A DNA stretch of 64,000 nucleotides from Ramazzottius varieornatus (Eukaryota > Animalia > Tardigrada): NCBI GenBank assembly GCA_001949185.1, contig BDGG01000011.1, positions 1,598,597 to 1,662,596 on the forward strand. The letters are read 5' to 3'. The first letter of the stretch is position 1. The number at the start of each line of letters is the position of its first letter. Below are positions 24,701 to 36,400 of this stretch, in pieces. The notes under the pieces are model-generated. The model was not told where the DNA came from. It did not search any database and saw only the letters and a program-made list of their open reading frames with translations. Made by a program: the position numbers and the translations under genes.

Positions 24701-24850
24701 GATCCAATGTTCTCCACCATTGCTTGCAAGCTTTTCCATATCTCGTCTGACAGTTGATTCCGGTTTCATCCCGTTCTTCGAGGTGCGAGGTACAACTGTT
24801 GTCATAGCGTCAACCCCCACCAGTAATCCACAACCAGTACGAGAGTCTTC
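21765..24850 (-). mobile_element. Decayed LINE (RT region) interrupted by an LTR element
   Basis: KSPG...WKQANVVPIPKKG...FRPISL...SKLFEK, DAVFLDCSKAVD and SGVPQGSNLG; YVDDIV|LWRYIK is split by the insertion. Then QQDL..L..W and LNPEKSQ. Multiple frameshifts. Outer boundaries are approximate. Confidence 0.88.
22947..23818. mobile_element. LTR-retrotransposon-derived insertion (solo LTR or gap-collapsed element)
   Basis: Ends TGTTAACGGAGT...ACTCCGGTAACA (TG...CA with short inverted termini). 4-bp TSD acta (22943-22946, 23819-23822). Removing it restores the LINE codons GAC GAC ATA GTG TTA TGG. Contains the N gap 23298-23347. Confidence 0.82.
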
Positions 24851-25628
24851 CGATTAGGACGGCTGTGAAAGATCTCTCGGCTGGCCGGATCTGGACGATC
24901 AGCGTAAAAGTCAGTCTTGGGCGGCCCACGCACAATCTTCGTGCAGCCAGACACTTTTCGAGTGAAACGGTGTACCGAGACCCAAGGGGAAAAGTGTCCT
25001 GGACACTACGATGTTAGGCTGAAGCCAGTCTAAATGGCAAATGTCAACAGGAAAACGTCCAGGAAATCCTCCGATTTTATTGTCGATACGCCCTTTCTTG
25101 TGAAAATTTCTGGCTGCAGGAAGATTGCTTGGTGCTGTCGTTTCTATCGTGCAGGAATGTGCTACAATGCTGGTATTGCTTTTCGCATGATAACAACACA
25201 TCGATCCATAACAGTCAGTTAGTACCTCGTGATACTCAGCTCGATTGACATTCTTGAAACCATAATTTATCCGGGTGTTTACATTAAAATCTGAAAATGA
25301 GATATTCGAACAAACTGAAGAGGCACAAAAGAGCATTAGTGGATGATGTCGTGTGGTGCAAAGTCGGACAAAATAACTCAGCATGCAGTACCATAGAGGA
25401 ATAAGAGCAGCAACACAAAGAAATGGAACCGCATAGCGACATGTGGACGTCGACAACAATCCAACAACCACACCGCAAGAGGTCTATTCTCACAATCAAG
25501 ATTTGCAATACGAAGACGGGCTTTACAATTGGACCGGCACATCGTCTGAATTCCACTACGATAACCCAGAGACCGCTTAGTACGTGTCCGATGTAGGTCG
25601 GTGTGCCCTGTGCCGTTTGCGATTAGTG

Positions 25629-27213
25629 TCAAGCGCGATTCGAATCCTCCTCGACCATCATATCTTGTGAATGTTCCGCTGGTGGCATAAAGGCGCGCAG
25701 CGCATCTTGATGTCCAAACTCGGACCGGCTTTTGTAACAGAGGACCAGTAGTGCGCAAATGGCCACAATAAAACCTGCAAAGAATACTGCTTACAGCTGT
25801 AAAAACGCCGTTACGCGGAGACACCGTATCGTACCGTGCAATAACCAGTCATGTTCCAATATCAAATTAAAATCCCGTCTGCCACCAATGACATCAGTTT
25901 GCAGTTTATCGTAGCAATATCGGTCATAGTTACGGATCAGCACTCTTTCCACCAACATAGCGCCAGCCAGAAGCTGACTGAGGATAGTCAAGGGTGCCGC
26001 CAGATAATACAGTCCGTTGTGGTCGGCCACAAGATGGCGGTTCATCTTTTCACCGGCTGTAAACGCCACAATGTTTAAGACTCCCGAAACAATCAGCAGA
26101 ATGGCCAGAAGGAAGGTTGCCAGAATGTAAAGCTCTGAACGCGGAGTCAGGAGGTTCAGCTGCATGTAGTAGTACGTTGTAACAGGTGTCGTGGCCACCA
26201 GGAATCCTCCAATGATGGTCAGTACAAAGGACAGTACCAGCGCAAAGTAATTTGCGCGACGTTGGCGACTAACTCGCTCTTGGTGTTTCTCCTCCGACAC
26301 CTTCTCCTCGGCCAACAAGTCAACGTTGATAACCAGTGCTGCAGCGACATCAAATGGCTCCACGTAAAAGGATAGCCACAGTGCCACCATTGCGATGATG
26401 CTTCGGACAAGTGTCCATTGTGCTACAGCATCTAGAAAAGACGTAGGTTAGAAATCGCACTATGGGTTGAACTGCGTCGAGATTGCCAGTTAGACTCTGT
26501 TTCCATCGGCTGAATTTAGGTAAAAGGCCGGACCAAGTACCTGCGATGTAGGTGGTCGCACAACCGACGTATGTGGTGCTGACCGTCACGTCAGTAGTAT
26601 TAACCACTGGCCGCGCCATCTTCAGGTTGACTGAAGCGGGCGAGTACATCAACAAAGCCACAAGAGGTAAGATAAACGGAGAATATCGTAGGCAGGCCAC
26701 AAGATCCACTTCAGGTTTGATGGCTGTCTTCAGTCCAATCCACGGGTTATTACCACTCCTCAACAAATACCCGATGAGAAGAAGGCCAGAAGCCAGGAGG
26801 ACTGACGCGTAAGGCGATTCCGCTGGACAAGTGATGTGGCTAGTCATTTGGCAGAGAGCGTAGAGTGCAGAGTAGCCAATGGAATATCCAATCAGCAGGG
26901 GGCAGATCAGCCATAACAAGATGGTACCGATCCCGAATGACACAAGGCTGATAGCTGCACTAAGCTTATGGAAAAAAGTGAGAACTTTGAGAGATCCGTT
27001 CCTCTTGAGGTCGTCCATGTTTGACCAAAGCGCATGCAGTTTTTTAACCTTTAAGACTGGAACTTGAGTAGCTATGGTACTTTGTTCCGATTCGAGTTGG
27101 ACAGTAATGGAGACAACCATGCACAACTTGATGTGGCCTATTAGGTGAAAGACATGCTGCAGCGCTATCACACGAGGCAGACTACGCAAATCGATTATTT
27201 CCCGAGTGCTCAT
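25629..27213 (-). CDS. Highly divergent multi-pass membrane protein, probable APC-superfamily / SLC7 (cationic amino-acid transporter)-like
   Basis: Exons 27213-26541, 26431-25835 and 25774-25629 join in frame through phase-1 GT-AG introns; the start codon is uncertain. Colinear weak matches to CAT motifs: LVSFGIGTIL ~ LVALGVGSTL; ALCQMTSHITCPAESPY ~ LCYAEFGARVPKTGSAY; FYVEPFDV...EE ~ FYAFVGFD...EE; FIVAICALLVLCY ~ LVAACVLVLRY. Confidence 0.55.
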
Positions 27214-29271
27214 TCTGAGTGTGCAGGCGTAAGGGTTTCTTTACGCAACTTCTGCCCCAGTTATACAGTAAGGCGAGGAATACTTTGATCAAAGCTCGCA
27301 TTACGTCTCTGATGCAAACACCCACGAGACATTAAGCGTCCGAATACTGATACGTTGTCTGTAGCGCGCCTCGATTTCAGCCTGAGTCGCCCTTTGGGAC
27401 ATCACCATTCACTGTACACGTGTACTTGAAACGCACTGCTTGATAGATCGACTATACATATGCATATCGTCAAAAGATAACCTGAGTTTCCACTCAACAC
27501 CATAGACACCATAACACCATAGACAACAGGATCCAAACGTGCTCTCCGAGAAGCCTGTGTTTCCCACTTGCTATCGTTGCAGATGCGTCTTTGCCGGCCT
27601 TTTGCCACATCTCGTCCTTACTCCAAGAGTTACAGCCATCGGTAGAAGACTCGCCCGTGATGCCATGTCCCTCTCTGTACGTTGTCGAACAGCAGCCATC
27701 AGCTTCCAACCGACTGTCATCACAAGTCCGCATAATCTGACCTGTAAACATCTTTTACCATGTAGAGTACACTCGCGAAGTAAAAAGTTTGGAACAAGCA
27801 ATTCCGAAACAGCGGGACCGAAGTTGGTACCTACCTATTCTCAATTCGCCGTCTTTTCCGCCTGTTCCAAACTTTTTTCTGTGCTCAACTCTACCTTCGA
27901 GCGTGTATAAGAAAGGCCTCTGCAAAAGACAGCAGCTTGAACGTCCCTTTGGGCATGTGGAGTGCTTTACATGTCCATTGGCAAGACAAGGTTGTGTTGC
28001 AGGCTGAGAAGGCGCTCATTTCTGGTTGAAGGAGACTCAAAATGACGTCGCACCTTTAGTTAGCGTACGTCTTGAGTACTACGAAGAAACGTTTTGACCA
28101 CTCGTTCAAAATCCTGAACGGCACAGGTACAGCCGGCTAGCTACACATGGTCAAACAACTAACGTGTAGTCCGACGCAAATGGTCTTCTACTTCTGTAGT
28201 AATTGTACTCGGCTATTTAATCGCAGTCACCAGCTAAAGCTCAAGATGCTTGTGAAGTCAGTCTGTTCGACTCTGTTTACCGGGCTCCCAATTGATGAAA
28301 AAGATTGGTATAGAGTCTTTGGCATGGTTTGATGGAGGTTTTCTGTTAGCCCGATGATGCAGACGTAACATTAAAGACGTTAGTACCATGTACGCGCGTA
28401 CGACATGGAAAATAAAAATGTAAAAACAAACAAGGAAACTATATTCACATCATTATTGAAGTGCTTGCAGTCATCATTCAAAGGGGCGTCTTTCTTACAA
28501 GAGGGCCCAATTCAATTCGCATTGCCACTTACAATAACGGGAAAATTGCCGGTCGGTAGTCAGAATCTCGATTGTAGTCGCGTTGGCTGCTGGCTTTCGG
28601 AATATCGAATGCATCGCGGCAACATGACCTCATGGAAACAGGGCATCAAGCACCAGACGGGGCCTGTCAGGGGATCGCTGGCTAGATCAGACCCGTCTGA
28701 TAAGGCCGAGTTCTCCATTGTTAGCACAGGCTTAAAGACAACGCGGCCAGGGATAAAAACGACCAAACAGAAGCTCAAGTCAAACCGTCGTTATAAAATG
28801 CAGACAGTCCAGCCGGTCTCTGGTTCACGCATACGCTCTTGGACAACAGGAGTATCAACTCTCACAAAGGCACGCCCTGTTCTTTTAGCTGCGTACCTTC
28901 TGTCTCAATTGTGTGCCATCGGCCAAGGGCTTTCTTTCGCGGGCCGTAATCTAATGCATCTTACTATCAGAGTTTTTTCTGGCTGGAAGAAGATTGTGGT
29001 AAGAGCAAATACAGTACCAAGTACGCTTAGGCTTCCGAGAAGCCACAGGTGGATTGCAATCAAGTTACAAGTGGACAGATCAAGTCTCACTGTTGTTTTC
29101 CTTCTGTATAATTCCACCTGATTGTCCTGAAGCACATCTCTGTTACGTACAAGTCTTTTGATGCCAGAGCATAGGTCACGGTTTTGCACAATTTCTGCCG
29201 ATCAGTCAGAAAGCAAATAGAACACCACACAAAATTTTGGAGCTGATGATCCAGAAATAAACAACACTGAG

Positions 29272-32150
29272 CTACTTGATATCGGTAAGACTTGGCGTGT
29301 AATCAAACAAGAATGGCGAATTTAAGATAATACCCATCGAGCCAGCCGAGGATACGATGAAGAATATCCAAAGCAGCAGCCTGTCCAGTACTTGCGACAT
29401 GAACTTCCAGTCATCTGATACCTAGACACAAGACTCCATCATTGTTTCATTTCTGTGGCATAGTGGAGACTAAGGCTAACGGTTTACCGAATAATCATTT
29501 AGGAGCTGGACAAGCCGGCATCACCGCTTCGCCAAGGAGCGCACGCTTCCAGTCCCAAAGACTGACAGCGTGCGCCACTTGGGAAACAACCACATCGTTT
29601 CGCCAAAGGGCGCACGGTCTCAGCAAACTACACTACCGACGTGCGCCATTTGGGGTAACAATCTCGTCAGGTTTATTTGCCGAGCTCGCATTCCCCAACC
29701 CGAATACGCACCTCTCCTTTGTCTGTTTTTCTTTCCATGTTTGCGGCGATGTAGGCCACCGCTTTCAGTGCGTCGTTATAGCCGGGAATGTCAGCTAAGA
29801 TCTCGGCGAACATTTCCACTTCTCGCGAAATAATGCTGTCCAGACTGCGTTGTGACACGATGATTGGCGATGTTGCCTTGTTCATCATTCGCTTTGTCTG
29901 TACCGGTGTCAGTCTTAGCTGCAGTATGGGACTGGACCTGCGGTTCTGCCTGAAAGGTTCCGCCATGCTCTTATGGTTGGCTATCAATCCTTGTTCTTCC
30001 TCAATACGGACTTCGGGGATGGGCTGCGTGCACTGCGGGTTGTGGTAGAGAGCTACGGGCCCACTGTACTGTTCCCGAGGCGGGAATGAGCGGTCTCTTC
30101 GAATACGAGCCTTGGGTGGGTGTCTTTTGGGTCGCTGGATACAAAGTACGGCTGGTAAAAACCGTAGAAAAATGACCTGAAATAAAAATACCCGTCGAAT
30201 TGCGGCAAAAAAGCACTAGCCAAAAATTAGCCTCGGAGGACAGATCGTAGAAAAAAAGTCAGCTTGATTTCATTGCTCCATTTTTTTCTTGTGAAGTGGC
30301 GACGAAAATGATTTACCTTCATCCAGTCCGGCATGACGTGAGTGTTGGGTCCTCTGTAGTTGATGTTCATGGACAGAACCGTAAAGAAGGCCGACAGGAT
30401 ATTCATGCAGAAGGAGAAGAAGAGAAACTCTGAAAGAAGCGGCAAGGTGTCTGCAGCAGGGAGGATGTCCGACATCAGGAGAAGGAAGACGACGATGGCG
30501 AAGAGGATAGACAAGCAGACGTTGGTCTTGCCACGGCTCGGAAGAAGAAAGACAAAGCAAGTCAGGAAGCAGATCAGCACGCAGGGAAGCAGGATGGTGA
30601 TAACGTAAAAGAGGGACTTGCGACGGAGGCGTAGATGGCACTCGACATAATCGCGCATCACTCCGCTAATATTGGCTTTGCGGGTGAAGATGGGCGCGCC
30701 GATGAGGTCCCACGTTCCGCTGGTCTGGTTACGGTAGTCTTTGATTTCGAAACTCTCTGAGCCGAGGACGAGGGAGACTTCGTCGGAATTGTATGTCAGG
30801 GAGCGAAAGTACATCTTGCACACTTGTTCCTGTAGGCAAGAAACGAACACTACATTTCTGCGAGTGCTTTTTGTCATGCTTATGTCAAACTTATCTGGAT
30901 GGTTTATCAAAGTGGCTTATGCTCCCGATCACTAACACTAGAAACATGCGCCACTTGGGAAAGATAAAATGACGTGATCGTTTTTCTCAAGTGGCGCACT
31001 CTTCCAGCCAATGACATCAGCGACGTCAGCCACTTGAAAAAATCGAGTTCGCGTGATGAGCTTCCATCTTCGGAAAGCAGCGACGTCAACCAAGTTACGA
31101 AATTTTGTGGCTTAGTGCACTGTTTTCTATATTCCTTACAGTACTATGTACTTTGGGTACATACGTCAAAGGGGAAGAAGCGCGGGTTGATGTAGCAGCT
31201 GCTTTTGTAAATGAAGGGAGGAACCCACTGAATGCTGCCATCTGGGCTGATCAGCAAGTTGGACTTGTAGCTGGAATCGTACTTTCCATCCGTCCTACAG
31301 GCAGTGAAATATTTCTGGCCAGGTGAACGGATACAGTCCATGGATCAGTAAGGAGAAAAGAAAAGGGAGGACGTACGTGGAGACGAGGGCGACCTCGGGG
31401 AGCCAGACTTTGCCGGGTGGCATGCGCAGTGTGGAGATGTTACCGCCGTATTGTGCCTGATCGAACTGCAGCCGCTCATCGTTCCATCTCTGTTGACACA
31501 AGCGCAACAAAATGCCTATACTTGCCCGTATGCAAAGGACATTTTCACAGGATGGTGCCTCCAGTCATTCTGGGCTAAATTGTACAGGAATACTTACCAG
31601 ATCGATGTAGCCATTGATTTTCAGGACTTGATGCTGATCATTCTGCAAACGACACATTGACACTTTACCCAAATGTTGTGGGACAAATGCTAAATTCTGG
31701 TTCGAGGATGCTTCTGCAAACGCACAGTAAGATTCTTCTACGTTCTGAACGACAAAACGTTTGCCAGAGATATGGCCTTGAATAATGTCTGAACTTTTTC
31801 TTTAAAATTTGTTTTTTAAATGTAAAGAAAGAGCGTTGAAGTTGACGAAGGTACAGTACCAGGAAAATGATGACTCCCAAGTTGATGGCAAATATGACGG
31901 TGGTACGGTCGTCGAGACCTTTTCCCGGGCGAATCAGTTTGTTGTATCCTTGGAAGAGATCTTTGACTAATCTTTGCTGATCGTCAATGCCAGCTGATGC
32001 TCTTACGAATCCTACAAAAAACCTCGGTACAAGAAAAACTGAGGTACACATGTTTAAACTATTGGTATTTTGGAAAGAGTTCTTCATACCGGTTTTCTCC
32101 AGAAGTAAAAGTGCCAGAAATATGATGCAACGTCCCGCTGATGTCCACAT
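29272..32150 (-). CDS. Nicotinic acetylcholine receptor-like Cys-loop channel subunit, non-alpha (gene 1), 8 exons
   Basis: Exons 32150-32090, 32011-31860, 31642-31598, 31489-31377, 31294-31165, 30829-30317, 30176-29712 and 29421-29272. Signal peptide, Cys-loop CYINPRFFPFD|EQVC, RRKSLFY pre-M1, M1-M3 and DDWKFMSQVLDRLLL (MA-M4). No vicinal Cys in loop C. Confidence 0.93.
29500..29690. repeat. Intronic palindromic element of the 'cccaagtggcgca' family (other copies at about 30945-31050, 57425-57500 and 58562-58756)
   Basis: Shared motifs tgcgccacttggga and caagtggcgcac(g)cttccagccaa. The 58562-58756 copy is bounded by gagctc.gc.a.caaac inverted arms. Confidence 0.65.
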
Positions 32151-33416
32151 GGTGATTGTGCACAGAGATAATCAGGCAATGTTTACGTATGAGATGGAAA
32201 GCGGAACATGTTGAAGACAAGTTCCAGCGGCAGCGCCCAACAAAGTCCCGGAAATACGATACAGACGTTTAAACGCGCAGCCCTATTATACCATGGAAGC
32301 GCACAGTCGACAACGGAAACGACCGATATAAATTCTCCACCATGTCAACAGATTACGCCTCTTTGAGATTCCACCCGTCCATTTTTTCCCCAGGATTCTC
32401 TCTTGGCATTATCAACCTTTCAGGCAACAGAAAAAGTTACCGGAAAATGAAAATATCCCTCGAAAGCAGCTGCGAAAATAATCTCCCGTCCCCGAAGAAG
32501 CCTGGCAGGGAAAGGCGCAAAGTGGCTGTTTAAGGCAGGAGAACGGCCATAACTCTTCGTTCACAGCTCGTATTGTCTCTTTGGCTCGTTGCATATGCAC
32601 AGGCTTGCATGCTTGTCAGCTGGCGAAAAGGAGGAAGAAGCTGGGGAGCTGGAGGCCTTCAGCCGTCACGCCTGGCTTGTCTTCCCTTTTGCTCTCACTG
32701 TACGCAGCGGGAAAACGGCAGCATCCTCGTTGGCGATTTTTGCCCTCGGTCTGATCGCATCCAATATCCGGTCTGCTGTGTCCCGCAAGCTCACACAGCA
32801 TTCACGGATGGCTGGTTCAGCTGGTTGAGAGGGAAGGAAGACCCGGCAATTCAATGCCTGCTAAATGGTCCTCGACAGTCTAGCCAGATGTTGGCCAAAT
32901 CCCTTTCAGCCACAGTGCAGCCGAGCGCAACCACGGTTTGATTCTTATTACACTGATGATTCCCAGTTCTTCAGTACGTCACAAAGCCGGTCCCTATATG
33001 CTTCACCGAGCTTGGAGGTGGATTGCGTCTGGCAAAGGCATCCTGTACGTCCCACTACGTCACGTTACAACTTGCCATGCTGTAGAGCGGCAGCATTGGT
33101 TCGTTTTGTACGCTAACTCGAGTCTCCGAAAGTAAATCGGAAGTTCAGCGCACACTTCTTGCTAAAGTGCTCAGTCAGTGACGTATTAAAGAAATGAGAA
33201 CTATCACTGTACTCGCTGATACACAAGGAAAAGCTTACAAGAAGAAAAGGGTACATCAACGGTCACCAGCAAACAAATCAAAAGCTAGCTTGGTCCGGCG
33301 CCAGTTTTCGTATTAGTCAATCTAGGGCCCAATGTAAGTAAATATTGTACTTTCTGAGCGGATCACGGAAGAAAGCGTTTTCCATATTATTCAAATTTGT
33401 CTACACTCTTTTATAA

Positions 33417-36400
33417 CTATACGGTGGTTTGGTTCGGACAGTGGTTTATCAAAGGTTCGAAAAGATGTGGAGAGTTGAGTAAGATGCTGACGGAACCGAA
33501 AGCGTTACCCACGAAAAAGACGAATAGGAGCAGGCGATCGATGACTAGCGCCACGTACTTCCAGTCGTCCGCAATCTGCAAAAAAACCCCGAATCCATAC
33601 TACAGAGCGGAATTTGTCTTCGTCAAGAACTCCCAAAACCGACTTTCAAGAGTGCGCAACGGACCTTCTTCGATTAAGATCGATTATGTATGCGTATTTC
33701 GAGCCTTCACTAAACCCTGTGTAAACGGTCAGTACTGGGAATAAAACCGATACATCACTTACGTCCTCTTCCTCAAATTCCTCCTCTCGGCTTTTGGCAA
33801 TGAAGGCCACGCTATGAAGTGCTTCCTTATAGCCCGGAAAGTCGGCCAAAAATTGCCCCAGCTGCGTTAGTTCCCGCCATAACATTGCCTCTTGCGAGTC
33901 GTGTTTCCGCAACGCCGACGTGTTCCTACAAAAAAACCTTCAAATGTACGAGGTAAACGACATAATTTTGGCATTCCGATTTTCGCACCATAATTCGGGC
34001 AACGCGAAAAGTTTGAACATTGTCGTCAACGCTTGATCCATCTCTCATCGACGCCTGTTGATACAACATTAGGCTTTTTGACATTGGACAGACCCATCCC
34101 TCTCCCAGGCTAAATTCCCGTGCTCCACAACGCTTTGCCGTTCTCAAACCTATTGAAAACTCGAGGAGAGGGACCGGTCTACCTCAGGAAACAAGAAGCA
34201 GTTCATTACGCGCAGCAAGAGCTGAGATAAAATATGCCCGCATTACGAGTGAAAAACCACTTTGCCCGAATTATGTCGATTACCTCGTAATAACATAAAT
34301 TCGATAAAATTTTGTACATTAGGATTTATCCAAATTTGATAAAATTAAACTATTCCAAAATAAGACAAATTATATATCAGGTCGGTCGATATGACTTTGC
34401 GCTTTTTTGAAGTACAACTTCCAAAAATCATATCTTTGTGAAACCGTGGACAGTAAATGAGGATACCTCGGTATATAATAAAAAAGCACCGTCACTCGTT
34501 TACATCGATCAACGAAGGAAAGATAGCCAAAAAGTTGTTCCCCCGTTGAGCTGGCGCACACAGAAAAGCGCGACGTACCACCCGGAATTTGACAGAACTG
34601 TTTTTATCAAAATCAACCTTTGCGTCTTCCATAGTTTATCGCTATTGGTTTGTAGCTGAAGTTGCGCAGTTTCAAACACACACTCGTTTTTGAGAAAGTA
34701 GTAACTGGTTTTGTCGGAAAAAAATGCGAACACACCCTAGTCAAAACTGAGCGGTACTGCTGACCTCATTTTCCGTATTTTCTTCTCTTATTGAATCGCT
34801 TTGGTTGTGGTTGTGAAAAAACGTAGAGAGATGGTTGTTACTGATGAGCCTCATACAAACTGAAAAAGTTTCTTTGCGTGGTGAAAAAATTTTCTCGAAA
34901 GTGCGCCCCTGGAGTACGCAAAGTCATATCGACCGACCTGAGATATAATATTTAATGTGAATAGTATTCCGAAAAATATCATGTGGCTAGTTTTTCGCAA
35001 AACAGTTATTTTGTTCCTTCAAAGTTATACTGACCTGTAAGGTGATGAGAAAGAGACGACGCGACTGAAGATGGGACTGGACCTGTCACTAGCTGGCAAC
35101 ATCTTCTCGAAGGACGACTGCGAAGTTAGCTTGCGCGAGTTGGTTCGACTGAGACGGGAGCTCCATTTGGATCGGCGCAGCAGAGCAGGATGCGGTGTGT
35201 GGCTGGTACCGTTGGGCGAGTCGGTGAGGGATACCTGCGTCGAAGGTGGCTGGAAAAGCTTCGGCTTGGTCTTTTGGACCGGGCGACGCATCAGCAGGAG
35301 GCGAGGGAGGAATTCCATCCACAAAAGCTTGGTCCAACTGCCCATCTCGTAGACTTCGGGAGTGCGGTAATGCCAGTTGATAGTGATAACCGTGATGAAG
35401 ACCGATGTCAAGTTACCTGCAAAAAAAAGCGCACCTTTATACTGGTGAAAAGCAGTACATACGCCTGCATTGTTATCGTTTCTTGTCGTTTTGATGAATC
35501 AAGTGACTTTTTTTTCAGGGTTCCATACTGGAGAAGGCTTACAGACGAACGTGAAGACGAGAAATTTGGTCATGAGCGGTAGGGAATCCGACGGTGGAAG
35601 GATATCGGTCAGAATCAGTAAGAAGACGACAATAGTGAAGAGGATACTAATGCCGATGCAAATCTTCTCACCAGCAGCAGCGGGCAGGTAGAAGACGAAG
35701 ATGGTCAGGAAGGCGATACAGACACAGGGCAGGAGGAAGGTGACGACGTAGAACTGGGACTTTCGCGCCACTTTCATGTCCAGCTGGACAAAGACTGTGC
35801 GGACTCTGCCATGGCGGCGCCACTCTAGCCGGTACATCTTGAACAGCGGAACTTCGGCCAAGTCCCACGTCCCACTGGGCTGCTCGCAGTAATCCTTCAG
35901 CTCCATCTTGGGTTCCTTCAAGTCAATGTCCACTTCGTCGGCATTGTACGTTACCGAACGGAAGACCATATTGCACAGTTGATGCTGGAAAAACAGCACA
36001 AAAACAATCCTACCACTTTCGGACTTCGCTTCCTTTTCAACAGATTCAAAGCAATTTTAGAATTTTGATACTAGAAATCTCACAAGTAAAACTAAAATTT
36101 TGGATTTGACGCTGCATAGTCAGCTGTTGCATGAGGAAAAAATCGCAGAAAAATTTCGAATTACAGAAGGTTTGGTAAGGAAAACCCGAAGTTGATCATT
36201 AATGGAAATTACTGGGTGACTGGTATTAATTATTCAGTGGAAAAAACCAACTAGAAAATTTTGGTTAATATCCGATCACTTTTATCTGCAATGGCTGAAG
36301 CCAGGGGGAGAGCTGACGTACGTCAAAGGGGAAGAAATGGGGATTGGTATCGCATCCGCTTTTGTAAATAAAGGGCGGGATCCATTGGACGGTTCCTCCA

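Noticed and set aside
28405-29121. 238-aa plus-strand ORF
   Set aside because: No recognisable motif or splice structure, and it lies antisense just 3' of nAChR-like gene 1. It cannot be supported as coding, though it is not excluded.
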